DNA of 64,000 nucleotides from Octopus sinensis (GCF_006345805.1 NW_021836140.1:1-64000), one strand, 5' to 3'; shown: positions 1-13,696, counted from the stretch's first letter. Notes: generated from the sequence alone by a model not told the origin. Made by a program: numbers and translations.

Positions 1-753
1 AAACGTTAAAGACTTGTTTTATTTATATTTCCTGAGCGCCATACTAATACAATTGTTCGTTTGTTTTCCACCTGCCTTCGTCTTTTGTTTATTTTCATAA
101 AGCTTCCCGTTATATATTATGCGCTCACGTGGTCTCACTTTCATCCTATATTCTACCAATACCACTATCAACACTTACCTCTACCTTGGATTTTCTTTAC
201 CTCTTGGATACTTACCATTGGCTGCACCTCTCTTTCGCGGATCAAAGTGACTTTGCATTGATGTGAAATCCTTAAAAAATATACCACAACGTCTACACAT
301 TTCTCACCTTGAACTTTCAACCTTGAACTTGTTCGCATAAACTGTCCCGTTTGTTGTATTTTTATTTTCTCTTATATTACCACTTTTTTTACATTCATTT
401 CATGCTTTCCACATTTTCCTGCATTTTTGTTCTCCTTTCCGTCTTTCTTCCCTCTCTGGATGTCCATACTCCGTTTCCTCTGCCTGCACCCCCCTTTTTT
501 GCCTCCCCCTCTCTCTGCTTCCCTTCTTTCTTTCCCTTTTCCGTTTGCCCCGTCTTTTCTGCCCCTATCGCTTACTTATCTAGTTTTTTCATACGATTAT
601 TATTTTTTTGTTTTTTTGAACGTTTGTTTTTCCCCTTTTTTCGCTATCCCTTTTTTTCTATTTTTTTCATACGATAATTTTTGTTTTTTGTTTTTTTTTG
701 TTTTTCGAACGTTTTTTTTTGTTTTTTCGAACGTTTTTTTCCGCTATCCCATC

Positions 754-3650
754 ATGCCGGATCCTAGGTCCTACCTCCTCACCCTCCATCACCGTTTGAA
801 GGATCATCTCCGTTCTCTTCCTGTATATTGCCTTCAGCCGTCCGTTAATCTCTCTCTACTTCTTTTAAAAAAAAACCGCTTCTCTAGCCATGTCTCTTTC
901 CTAAGCCGCTGCCTACATCACCGACTCATCCCTAAAGGTTTCCGCCTCCACTTCCACCCTGCTCTCCACTCGGATTCTTCCATCTTACCCATACTCCGCA
1001 CCACATCTTACCGCCTTATGCGGGCCACCATTCGCTCCAATCTCTCCAAACTACATGCCATCAACCGCCTTCTTCCTCCTGCTTTCTCCACCTTCTCTCC
1101 TCTCTGCCGCCTCTCTATGCTCCAAACACGCTACGCTTCATTATCCATTTGAATCACCTCTTCCATCAATTTCTTTCTGATACCAAACTTCGTAAACTCC
1201 AATCACTCTTCCATTCCACTCTACCCGACGCCACTACCCCACTCCTCCACCACCACTTCTCCCCTCCCGATAGGCTCCATCCACCCACACCTAACCCCAC
1301 TGCCCCTCCCTACAACCCCTTCTCCCCTCCCGATAGGCTCCATCCACCTACACCTAACCCTACTGCCCCGCCCCACCACCCCCCACACCTCCCCAATCCT
1401 CCCCCTCAGACCTCCACGATACCTACCACCCCTCCTACTTCTATTCCACCCACCCCTTCTCCACTTCCGTCTGTTGTTACCATTCCCCCCGATCTTCCCC
1501 TCTCTGCGGCTGAACGCTCCGTCCTTGGTAGGGGTCTGCATTTCATCCCCCTCACTCCATCCTGTAAGGAATTCCAGACGCGAGTTGATGTCCACAGCTT
1601 TGTGCGCCGTGTCCGGTTGGGTGCGCATTACCACGACTCCACCCACCCACACCCAACGAAGAGGACTGCTTCACTGGCCTGGGTCGCCGACCATCCCGTG
1701 GACGCCTGCCCCTGGCCAGATCCTAGCAGTGGATCTTTTCGCGGGCGCTTGTCAGCGTGCATTGGAGCGGTTCAACTTCTCCAGGCGCCAACGCCGCCTC
1801 AACATCTCCCCGGCTGAGCTCTTGGCTCTTCGTTCCCTCCAACGGCGCGCTGACATTATCATCAAACCGGCTGACAAGGGTGGAGCTGTAGTGGTGTGGC
1901 GCGCGGACCTCTATAGGGCCGAGGCTTTCCGCCAACTCAATGACACCTCCTTCTATTCCCCTCTGCCCTCTAACCCCACACGTAGCTACCAACAGACGGT
2001 ATCCTCTACTGTCCACGACCTCATCTCGTCCTCCCGTCTCCCCCGCACCGCATCCAACCTAATTGTGCGAACCCCACGTACCCCCACCATTTACTTCCTC
2101 CCAAAAATCCACAACCCAACAACCCTGGCCGCCCCATCGTCTCCGCCTGTAACTGCCCCACGGAGCTCATCTCTAAATACCTCGACCGTGTCCTTGCCCC
2201 CCTAGTGGCATCTCTTCCCTCCCACATCCACGATACCAACCATGCTCTCCGGCTTTTCAACTCTTTCTCCTTCCTCCCGGCTCCTCCAAATCCTTTTTAC
2301 TATGGACATCCAAAGCCTCTATACTGTTATCCCTCACCACGAAGGACTGCAGGCCCTTCGACACTTTCTTGACCTCCGCTCTAACCCTGTACCTGACACC
2401 TCCTCCACACTCATTCGTCTGGCCGAACTTGTCCTTACTCTGAACTGCTTCTCGTTCACGGGCGAGTTCTACCATCAGGTCTCGGGAGTGGCCATGGGAA
2501 CGCGAATGGGCCCCAACTATGCGAACCTGTTCGTTGGCTATGTTGAGGCCAAATATTCTCTAATTTCACTGGTCCCACTCCTGAACTATATGGTCGTTAC
2601 ATTGACGACATTATCGGTGCCACCTCACTCTCCCGCGAACATCTAGATTCCTTCCTCTCTTTCGTCCAATCTTCCATCCAGCCCTCCACTTCACTTCCAC
2701 TATCTCCAACACCTCTGTCTCCTTCCTCGACATTTCGGTTAGCATTCTTCTTCACTCCACTCTTACCACCTCCATTCACTACAAATACACAGACTCACAC
2801 TCATACCTCAACTTCTCTTCCTCCCACCCAGAACACACCAAGCTTTCCATCCCCTATTCCCAATTCCTCCGTCTACGTAGGCTCTGTAGTGACGACCATG
2901 ACTTTGAGACTCAGTCTCAACGTATGGCTCACCACTTCAGCCTACGTGGATACCCCCTCACCACTATCCACACCGCCCTTGCCAGAGCACGGTCCGTGGA
3001 CTGTGTATCTGCTCTCTCTCCCCGAACCCGCCCTGTAGTCTCCCGCCTCCCTTTCCCCCTCACTTACCACCCCACGACCCTACGTCTCCAACGCACCATT
3101 CTTCGAGCTTTCCGTCATCTCCAGTCCGACCCGTCCACTTCACACCTCTTCCCTAACCGACCCCTCCCCTCTTTCAAACGAGCCCACACACCTTCGAGAC
3201 CTTTTGGTCCATAGCTCCTTCCCTGACCCTACCTCCCAACCCGGCTCGTTCCCCTGCTCCCGCCCGCCCACGTTGCCGCACTTGCCCCTACCTCTCCAAC
3301 ACACCACCGCCTCACTCACTAGCACCCACCATCGACCCTATCCCATCATCCACTCCTTCACCTACACCTCCAGCAATATTATCTATTGCATCTCTTGCTC
3401 TCTCTGCAATTCCTTGTACATCGGACAAACGGGACGCCGCTTGGCTGACCGGTTCGCGGAACACCTTCGTGACATCCACCTTGCGAACGACACCACCGGT
3501 CTCACGCCATTTCCGCTCCACCGGTCACTCCTTGCAACACCTATCTGTGTTCAGTTTGTCCTTACACAGAGGCCATCCGGATTCCCGTTTGCGCCGTGAA
3601 CAGGAATTAATCTTCTCTCTTCGCTCTTATACGCCATTTGGTCTCAACTC
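754..3650 (+). pseudogene. Frameshifted PLE polyprotein (reverse transcriptase + Cys-rich linker + GIY-YIG endonuclease)
   Basis: ATG at 754. Motifs across frames: FLSRCLHHRLIPKGFRL, IIKPADKGGAVVVW (~1855-1900), YFLPKIH, LFTMDIQSLYTVIPH, QVSGVAMGTRMGP (~2476-2514), RYIDD (2595-2609), C-S-R-P..R-C-R-T-C (~3256-3285), NIIYCISCSLCNSLYIGQTGRRLADRFAEH (~3376-3465), PFGLN (~3633-3648). Several frameshifts. Confidence 0.92.
1257..1375 (+). repeat. 63-bp in-frame tandem duplication in a Pro-rich linker of the PLE ORF
   Basis: FSPPDRLHPPTPNPTAPP occurs twice (ttctcccctcccgataggctccatccacc at ~1257 and ~1320). Confidence 0.9.
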
Positions 3651-4340
3651 TCCCCCCTCCTCATCTAACCCCCCTCTCCCCCCTCCTCACCTATCCTTTC
3701 CCCCCGACCCCTACTTCTTCAGTCCTTCATCCTTTCACCCCTACTCCCCTTCCCTTCTTCCCTCTTTCTCCCTCCCTCCTTCCCTCTTCCCCTTCCCTCT
3801 GCTCCCTCACTCCCTCACTCCCCTTCTCTCTCCCCCCTATCCCTCTTTCATCCTTCCTCCCCCTCCTCCCCTTCCTTCTCCCCCTCCCCCTCTTCTCCCC
3901 CTCCCCCTCTTCTCCCCCTCCCCCTCTTCTCCCCCTCCCCCTCTTCTCCCCCTCCCCCTCTTCTCCCCCTCCCCCTCTTCTCCCCCTCCCCCTCTTCTCC
4001 TCACTACACTACACGACTTTACACATCACATCATATATGATGTGCCATACTAATACATACACCAACTATACATACTAATACATACGCCATACACACGTCC
4101 AGACCCCTCATACGCACTTATACTCTCTCATACACACACACACACACTTATACATACTAATACGTACTAATACATACTAATACATACTAATACATACACC
4201 AACCCCATACTTACGCACGTCCAGACCAATCCTACGCACTAATACTCTCTCATACACACACACACACACACACCCTTATACATACTAATACATATACCAA
4301 CCCTATACATACACACGTCCAGACCCCTCCTACGCACTAT
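3650..4340 (+). repeat. PLE 3' region: polypyrimidine tract followed by ~120-bp imperfect tandem units containing (CA)n
   Basis: C/T-only tract ~3750-4000; cacgtccagacc recurs at ~4093, ~4216 and ~4314. Confidence 0.85.
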
Positions 4341-4521
4341 TAGCTGGTCCTTCAACCCTATTATCAACCCTATTATCAACCCTATTATCTCCCCTTATTT
4401 CGCTCTCGCGTCTCATGTTTGATCTTTGACCTCTGGCCGAAATCAGATCGCCATGTTGATTCGTTAGCTACTGCACGCATTTTTTCCTCTCCTTCTTTCT
4501 GTGTTTTTTTCTCTCTGTGTA

Positions 4522-4559
4522 TCTTTCTGTTGAAGAGCGTAGGCTCGAAACGTTAAAGA
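4522..4559 (+). ncRNA. Minimal type I hammerhead-like motif in the PLE terminal repeat (core variant)
   Basis: TCTTT-CTGTTGAA-GAGC(GTAG)GCTC-GAAAC-GTT-AAAGA: stem I TCTTT/AAAGA, stem II GAGC/GCTC, palindromic ACGT stem III; position 6 is U instead of A. Confidence 0.7.
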
Positions 4560-4929
4560 CTTGTTTTATTTATATTTCCTGAGCGCCATACTAATACAAT
4601 TGTTCGTTTGTTTTCCACCTGCCTTCGTCTTTTGTCTATTTTCATAAAGCTTCCCGTTATATATATATATATACATATATATATATTTTATTCTTTTACT
4701 TGGTTCAATTATTTGACTGCGGCCATGCTGGAGTACCGCCTTGAAGGATGTTAGTCGAAAAATCGACCCCAGAACTTATTCTTGTAAGCCTAGTACTTAT
4801 TCTATCATTCTATCGGTCTTTTTTGCCGGGCCGCTAATTTACAGGGACATAAACACACCAGCATCGTTTGTCAACTGATGCAACGGGGGGAGGAACAAAC
4901 ATACGCACACACAAGTATATACATATATG

Positions 4930-4968
<39 letters not shown>

Positions 4969-4971
<3 letters not shown>

Positions 4972-5168
4972 GTTAATCCAAACAAGAAAGCACAAAAAAA
5001 ACACAACAACGCGAGGACGTGGAACAAATATAGTATTATTGGACGCTCAGGAAGGAAGGGAAGAAGGAGGGTTTAACGTTTCGAGCGGAGCTCTTCGTCG
5101 GAAACATAGGAGAAGGAAAGGTCCAGAGAAGGGAAGACAGAGGGAAAAAAATCGCCAACGGTACACAC
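4969..5168 (-). mobile_element. Short pLTR-like element with hammerhead motif, nested in the SINE (TA)n tract
   Basis: Non-SINE 200 bp abutting (TA)n; shares the cgctcagga and gtatta motifs and hammerhead spacing with the PLE terminal repeat. Confidence 0.7.
5071..5105 (-). ncRNA. Minimal type I hammerhead-like motif (U4C variant)
   Basis: Minus strand GTTT-CCGACGAA-GAGC(TCC)GCTC-GAAAC-GTT-AAAC. Confidence 0.7.
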
Positions 5169-5379
5169 GACGGGCTTCTTCCAGTTTCTGTCTACCAAAT
5201 CCGCTCACAAGGTTTTGGTTGGAACTGAATCCGGAACCATGTGGTTGATAAGCAAGCTTCTTACCATACAGCCACGCCTGCACCTAAATATATATATACA
5301 CTTTCGGTATGTAAATTAGGGACTCCTTCATAGAGTAAATGCTGCATTTATTGAGTATATAAACAGTTTGGCTGCGTGT

Positions 5380-5430
5380 GAACGCCTCTGCTGAGAACCC
5401 AATGAGGTTCGCGAAATCGATTAAGGTTTT
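5380..5430 (+). ncRNA. Degenerate hammerhead-like motif in a ~190-bp (TA)n-flanked element (5300-5485)
   Basis: GCCT-CTGCTGA-GAACC(CAATGA)GGTTC-GC-GAAATCGATTA-AGGT; A6C change, extra GC, palindromic AATCGATT. Confidence 0.4.
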
Positions 5431-5607
5431 TCATCACATGGCGGAGAAATGACTAAAAATTACCCTGTTTATAATTATACCATATGATATATATATACAT
5501 GCATATATGGGTACAGAATGACACCAACTGTGCAAATAACATGAAATGCGTAAACGAACGAGGAAAAAACGAATGAAATATGTAAACAACAAGAAATGGA
5601 ATATATA

Positions 5608-6306
<699 letters not shown>

Positions 6307-7087
6307 CCATGATTTTTCCAGGCATTGCTGTTATAAGATAATTAATAATGTGTCAACTAATAATTTAAGATTTTAACTTATAAACAACTGAAAGATATTT
6401 CAATTTTTCCATGTAAGTGATGATACTATTTCAATTTTTTTCATGCTTAATTTAAATATATGTGACTGAATTATTTGATAGTACTCATCCACACCAAATT
6501 AATGGCAGGGAATTTTACCATCTTGTACTATGGCCCACCAAAAGTTACAAACAACAAGACCCAAAAACCATCAGTTACTAGGCTCCCTTAAGTAACCTAG
6601 ATTTTGAGTTGGGGATAATAGCACTGACTGCTGGTAATCTAGATCTATCAATAATTATTGAATACAACACAGTAATTATAAAAGAATATCAGATATACAC
6701 AAGTTAAAATTACCTACATCCCGTTAATGTAAATGTGATTTATGAAAAATCCCTTTTAATTAATTTGGAAATTTAAAAAGTAAATTTAGAATATAAGCTC
6801 TTTTAACCAATGCCTTTTCTGGACAGCCTTACTACATGCCTTCAGGACTGCTCATAGAGACACAGCCAAAAATGACTATACTCCTACCTCAGTAAATTTA
6901 GATGCACATATCTGAAGCATATAACTAAAAAGAAAAGGAAAGCAACTAAAAAGGAAAAGCAAAAACAGCAGAAAGCAAGTTAATTAAAGCTGGATGAGAA
7001 AATTAATAATAAAAGTTAAACTTAACCAAATTTAACAGCATATTAAAAATAACTTTATTAAATACTTGAAAAATAAAATATACGTAA

Positions 7088-7192
7088 CGTAAAGTCGACC
7101 TCGGTGGAATTTAAACTCTGAGCGAAAAGACAGACGAAATAGCGATAAGTATTTAGCACGGTGCGTTAACGTTTCTACAAACTCGCCGCGTT
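7088..7192 (-). mobile_element. SINE family A, 5' fragment
   Basis: aaagtcgacctcggtggaattt...ctcgccgc matches the family A head in reverse. Confidence 0.75.
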
Positions 7193-7889
7193 AGAATATG
7201 AGCATTTGTTTCAGAAATACATTCTTATCTTAACATTATAGCTTGGGGCGTTACTTCTTACTTCTTCACTTCCTGACAATAAATTTCATTACATTTCACC
7301 TCATAACTATTTTCTAATTTTTGTTTAATACGACTAACGATTCTGAATTCCTCATGCATTTTTCTATTATTTAAGCATAAGAAAATTATGCTTTTATTTT
7401 AAAATAAAAATATTTATGTTAATTGAAGATGAATAGGTGTCTTACTGCTCCCGTTGAGGTCGCAGATATTTTGATGTAACTTTTTTTCTACTGAAACAAA
7501 TCTCATACTATTTATGCCAAAGTGTAGCTGAGGAGGTGTCTTCGTTACAACGGTTGACAGTTTGCAATTTAGTTGAGAACTGAATTAGTAGTGAAGTTTG
7601 GAAGCTACTGCGATTGACGAAATGGTGAACTTAAGAATAAGTTCAACCACTACTGTGGTTAAATGATATATGAGAAATTACAAAAAACAAGAGTTTATAC
7701 TATTAGTCCTTACGTACGTTTGAAATTGTGATCACTTGGAACCCTGCATTGGATGTTCCAAGAACATTTGAATTCTTAACCAGAACGGTTAACCAGAGAA
7801 CACTTAAATGCATTAATGTAAAGGGATCTAATATGCGTGGAGCTCTAAACTTAGCAGTAGCAATCCTGTATCTATTTGTACACATACGA

Positions 7890-7926
<37 letters not shown>

Positions 7927-8155
7927 AGAAGAAAATAAAACGAAATAAATTTCTTTTACAGAACAAAAGTTAGCACTCATTAAATAGAGGTAAAATAATA
8001 TAAAGTATTATAGGTTTCCATGAAAAGGCAACTTCCGAGATAATGACAATCGAAACACATTATTTTCCTCAACAGATTTTTCGAAAGGCATAACCCTTGA
8101 TGGAATACAATATATAATATATAGATACTAAAAATTTATATAAAATATATAAATA

Positions 8156-8192
<37 letters not shown>

Positions 8193-8269
8193 CAAAAATA
8201 CATTCGCATGAGATCGTTTGATCTATATATTCATATAAATTGATAGATATACTTACACACACACACACA

Positions 8270-8302
<33 letters not shown>

Positions 8303-9100
8303 TTGGTATCAACAAAATTTATCTATCTATAGATAGATATCCATATATACATATTATATATATATATATTATTTATATATATATGCATATGCACGCGCAC
8401 ACAGGCACACGCACACTCACATACACACACACACACATTTATCAGCCAGTAAAAACAATTCACCGAAATAAAATTATCTTATCTGAAACTAGAATTTCAA
8501 AGCAATATTTTTTTTAATGGCGTCAAACTGTTTTATAAGCGTCTGGTTATATAAATTTGTCACAAACCGTTAGAGAGGATTGTTATACTTCCTATCATAG
8601 ATTGTTTGCCAAGCCTTTCCCTGACAACCCTTTTCGAAGAACTGCGTTAATAATGTAAATAATTTTTTCCCTCCTATCTAGTTTTTCTTTAGATTCTATA
8701 GAAAGTCATTTGCTAGCGGGCTCTATCATCTTGCATCAAAGTCATATTAGCGACTCTTGGTGATAGAGAAATTGACCTTTATATCGCTATCTGTTTACAT
8801 TCTTAGACAAAGCGAAACGTGCCAATACAAAGAGGGAGAATGTGAGATACAATACTAATGTAAGATTTCTTTCTCATAGTCCCACTTTTTGCCTATGCAC
8901 GTTTCGTTTTATTTTTTAAACATGTTTTCACTATCAACAATAAATTTAATTTGATTCCACTCATTATTTTACTAACAGTTTCTTCAGTTTCTGAAATTTT
9001 TACACGGTGCTTTGATTTGTTTGCCTTATACATCTTCGCTTAAATATTTTAATCTTTGCTTTTGGAAATCTTCATGAATATGCGTATTATTCTTCCTGCA

Positions 9101-9516
9101 GGCGACGAGCTGGCAGAATCATTAGCACGCTGGGCGAAATGCTTAGCGGTATTTCGTCTGTCTCTACGTTCTGAGTTCAAATTCCGCCGTGGTCGACTTT
9201 GCCTTTCATCCTTCCGGGGTCGATTAAATAAGTACCAGTTACGCACTGGAGTCGATGTAATCGACTTAATACCTATGTCTGTCCTTGTTTGTCCCCTCTT
9301 TGCTTAGCCCCTTGTGGGTAATAAAGAAATAGGTATTTCGCCTGTCTCTACGTTCTGAGTTCAAATTCCGCCGTGGTCGACTTTGCCTTTCATCCTTCTG
9401 GGGTCGATTAAATAAGTACCAGTTACGCACTGGAGTCGATGTAATCGACTTAATACCTATGTCTGTCCTTGTTTGTCCCCTCTATGTTTAGCCCCTTGTG
9501 GGTAATAAAGAAATAA
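9101..9516 (+). mobile_element. SINE family A with a tandemly duplicated 184-bp body and 17-bp TSD
   Basis: Head ggcgacgagctggcagaa, B-box-like gagttcaaattcc, core gcctttcatccttccggggtcga twice; TSD gtattRttcttcctgca at 9084-9100 and 9517-9533. Confidence 0.92.
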
Positions 9517-9728
9517 GTATTGTTCTTCCTGCAAGACAAGGAAGGAAATTCTTTGTTGTCGCTCGATTCATTAGAAATAGCAGAAACGTATCCCTCCTTT
9601 AATGTCTTACTGGTTTCTTTTGGAATCCAGAGATGCAATGAATTATGTAGATCGAGATGCACAAATCCCATTAGAAGAACGGGACTGCTAAACAGCAACA
9701 ACGACGACGACAAATGAAGGTACTCATA

Positions 9729-10137
9729 GAGGCGCAGGAGTGGCTGTGTGGTAAGTAGCTTGCTAACCAACCACATGGTTCCGGGTTCAGTCCCACTGCG
9801 TGGCATCTTGGGCAAGTGTCTTCTACTATAGCCCCGGGTCGACCAATGCCTTGTGAGTGGATTTGGTAGACGAAAACTGAAAGAAGCCTGTCGTATATAT
9901 GTATATATATATAAGTGTGTATATGTTTGTGTGTCTGTGTTTGTCCCCCTAGCATTGCTTGACAACCGATGATGCTGGTGTGTTTACGTCCCCGTCACTT
10001 AGAGATTCGGCAAAACAGACCGATAGAATAAGTACTGGGCTTACAAAGAATAAGTCCCGGGGTCGATTTGCTCGACTAAAGGCGGTGCTCCAGCATGGCC
10101 GCAGTCAAATGACTGAAACAAGTAAATGAGTAAAAGA
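9729..10137 (+). mobile_element. tRNA-derived SINE family B, full length
   Basis: A-box-like tggctgtgtggt, B-box-like ggttcagtccc, CORE-like cttgggcaagt, internal (TA)/(TG) tract; multiple copies in the window. Confidence 0.9.
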
Positions 10138-10849
10138 GTAATATCTGTAATGATGAATTTTTTTTCTTTGTAAATAAGAGGAGGCAATATCGTTGGAATT
10201 ATTGAATTTGAACAACTTGACCTTGTGAGAGAAATGCATGTAGAAGTCAAACATGGCAACTATACTTAAACCGAATACATTTATGTTTTTGATCCCCAAA
10301 AATAAACTTGCTTAAAAGACTTACTTGAGAATTTATTGACTGTTCAACTATTTGGTATATAAGATCATTCAATGACTAATCTCCCACATTTGTGGGAAAA
10401 TGTTTTGTAGATCTGTTGGTGATGGCATTTTTATTATTAATCAAATGAGCACTAAACATACATATTCTCGGGAGAAAGAAATTTTAATTAATTAATATTA
10501 TACTCTTAGTGATGAAAAGAAATTCTTATTGTAATCATTAACTTTGATCAAGAAATTCTGGGTAAACAACCTGAGAATTTAATGATTTATTAATTAAAAA
10601 TAGACTGGGGGTGGGGGAAGTAACCATATCTTTAAGATGCTGCATTTTTTTTATTTACATTTGCTAAACAGTTACTCAAACATTACGCTTATTGACAGCC
10701 TTTTAAAATTCTTATCACCAATGTGTTGTTAAACAACTCAAGTCCCATCCATCCCGTTTTTTGAAGTGATATTGGAAAATCACAAGGCATCACTTAAGTA
10801 ATCTCTGCCAACGTAATTTCTACTCTGATTTGCTATTAAATATTGGCTT

Positions 10850-11056
10850 CAAATTTTGGCACAAGGCCAGTGACTTCGGGTGAGTGAGTAAGTCGATTAC
10901 ATCGACCCCAATGTTCAACGAGTACTTATTTTATCGACCCCGAAGGATGAAAGGCCTAGTCGACTCCACTGGTGCTTGAACTCAGAACGTAAAGATGAAT
11001 GAAATGCCGCTAAGCATTTTACCCGGCGTGCTAACGATTCTACTTCCTCTCCGCCT
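10850..11056 (-). mobile_element. SINE family A (diverged)
   Basis: atcgaccccgaaggatgaaaggc...ctcagaacgt...cggcgtgctaacg. Confidence 0.8.
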
Positions 11057-13283
11057 AATTTTTGATACTATAAAATATTACAATTATTTTTTATCAAATG
11101 CTAACATTCGTGATATTTCAGTCTCCATAATACGAAGAGAAATATAATAAAGAGATTATAACTTCAATGTATAATATCGGTGTATGATCGTGGGAATTAG
11201 AATATTCTTTTCTTCATAGTGAAAAAAGCTTATAAGTACCAATACGATCAATATATAAATATAAGTCAATATTTTTGAAGGCAGAGATGACATCAAGAAA
11301 TACCACTAAGATATTCTACACCAGCGTAAGTTTGGTTCATTCTTCCACAAAATTAAAGCGTTCTTTGAATGTCAGTATATACATTAAAAATAAGTAATTA
11401 TTTGACTAATAATGAAAAATACTTTATATTGATATCATATTCGCGTTTATACTTTATAGAAATTAAGTACAAGCTATTTTAAACTCTTAAATGCAATGCT
11501 ATTCACACACTTGAATAACACAATGTATTTGAAAGCCAATCGTAGCCTATGAAGCAGTGTCTGAAAGAGTTCTACACACTGTAGGGCTTGTAATTATGCA
11601 TGCTAATTTTCATACTTTTCGTAATATAATACCTTTCAATTTGCTTCGGTTACGCATCTTAATGCAAACTATGAAATTTCACAGTGGAAACAGTTGAACA
11701 AAATATTTAATTAAAGAATGAAAAAGAAAGACGAAAAAAATCTTGGATGATCGGAGAGAAATAGGTGTTGCATATTTGGATTTCTTAATTTATAAACTTG
11801 TAATTTGATGTGATTTTAGGATAACAATGATTTACTATATGGTAAACGATTTCTCAAAATCATGTAAATTTATATTATTTATCATGCTACTGGTGAGCAT
11901 AATACAGCAATGGTTAACTATGTAATGGCTCAGTGTCTCGGTATTTAGTTCTGAAGCAATTTTCTCTCCTTATTCTTCTTCTTTCGGAAGATGAATGAAA
12001 AATCTTTTACAGTTCCAATCTTCTTGCTATAGATCATATAGGTGAAATGTTCAATACTATGTCGCCACAAATCGTATGCTAAAATTGAAAGGGCTCATAA
12101 GATATGATTCGTCTATTTCATTTTCGGTTATATTTATTCCATAGTTTTCCGATTTTTCTTTTAGTTTGTAATTTTAACAACAATTTATTATTTCACCTTT
12201 CTTCACCGAGCCTATGAATCTTATTGGAAATAAATTCTTATTTGAATCATGATGAAATTTATGTAAACTAACACATATACTTGGAGTCCTTAGAATTAAG
12301 GACACCAAATATTTTGTCAAATATTTTGTGAACACAAATTTTCTAGAGATCAAATTTTATAAAATGTGTTTTAGAAGAAACGAGATATCGTAAAAATAAA
12401 TATGAAACATTCATTTATTTCTCATTTTTCACTGCAAGTAATCAAATCAATTTAATTTTCAGTTTTGTTATTGTGACAAGAAAAAATTGGGGAATACGAT
12501 CTGTCGTAATATCTCCATCTTGTTTCTTATACTTTTATACTTTACTTCCTTTCTAATCATACTTTTTATGTCACTTATGTGCAGTAAATTTCAGAAGACA
12601 TTCACATACAAAGTGCTTTATGCAAACTACAGAGCTTATGCAGTTGCGTTAAGCATACTTTGAAATTGGATTTCTTTTCTTGTCTTTTCTATAATGACCT
12701 GTCTTATTAAAGAGAGCTAAAACCCCAGAAATATTGATGTACAAATGTGTTTTACTATACTGCTTATTCTGATTTCCTTTCTTAAAGAATTATCAAAAAT
12801 TTATACGATAAGAAAAACAAATTACACAAATACTTTACTTTCAATAAAAGAGATTCCATGAAAGATATAGACAGAAATGTTACTTTCAAATAATACTGAA
12901 CTGCATTTAGCATGTAAAAAAAAAACGAAAGGAGAGAGGATCATATCCATGGACGACTACTGCATAAAGAATTAAAAGTTGACTTGATGCTAACACGCTC
13001 AATCATTCTTTTAAGTTGTTACACATGAGTATATTTGCTGAAAATGTTTGTATATCTCAGTTATGCAACTGAGAAGATACATAACAAAAGGAATTTGGTC
13101 AAAAATTAAAATATGTCATTGAGAAAATGTTGAAAGTGCTATGAACTTCTGAGCCTTAAAATTGATACTTAGCCATTAAAGATTACCGACCGTTTCTTAA
13201 ACTTGAACTTAAACACTCGTTTTTCCTGATTAAAAGAATGAAATTACGGTATGAACACATTGCACGGACATTCTTTTGAAATT

Positions 13284-13317
<34 letters not shown>

Positions 13318-13470
13318 TGTTTGTGTGTGTGTGTATGTGCGTGTGTGTGTATGTGTGTGTGTGTTGTGTGTGTGTGTGTGTGCGTGCGTGCGTGCATGTG
13401 TAATTTGTAGAGGTAGCAGATATAACCTTTACTTCTCCGAGAAGTTAAATATATTAACTTTCTCATTGAA

Positions 13471-13696
13471 GGCGGCGAGCTGGCAGAAACGTTAGCACGC
13501 CGGGCGAAATGCTTAGCAGTATTTCGTCTGTCTTTATGTTCTGAGGTCAAATTCCGCCGAGGTCGACTTTGCCTTTCATCCTTTCGGGGTCGATAAATGA
13601 AGTACCAGTTGCGCAGTGGGGTCGATGTAATCGACTTAATCCGTTTGTCTGTCCTTGTTTGTCCCCTCTGTATGTAGCCCCTTGTGTGCAGTAAAG
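13471..13696 (+). mobile_element. SINE family A, full length, with TSD
   Basis: Canonical head and core; aaatatattaactttctca at 13447-13465 and 13697-13715. Confidence 0.92.

Larger units (their letters stand above)
1..4663 (+). mobile_element. Penelope-like retroelement (Neptune-type), near full length, with direct terminal repeats (pLTR); 5' repeat runs off the window
   Basis: Frameshifted ORF with PLE reverse transcriptase and GIY-YIG motifs; 1-116 is repeated at 4548-4663 with one substitution noticed; 3' end runs into (TA)n. Confidence 0.93.
4692..5286 (-). mobile_element. tRNA-derived SINE family B, interrupted by a nested insertion
   Basis: Reverse complement of the family B copy at 9729-10137; its internal (TA)n hosts the 4969-5168 element. 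Confidence 0.85.

Noticed and set aside
351-753. Hydrophobic Phe-rich ORFs upstream of the PLE ATG
   Set aside because: They derive from a T-rich low-complexity 5' region, not a membrane protein.
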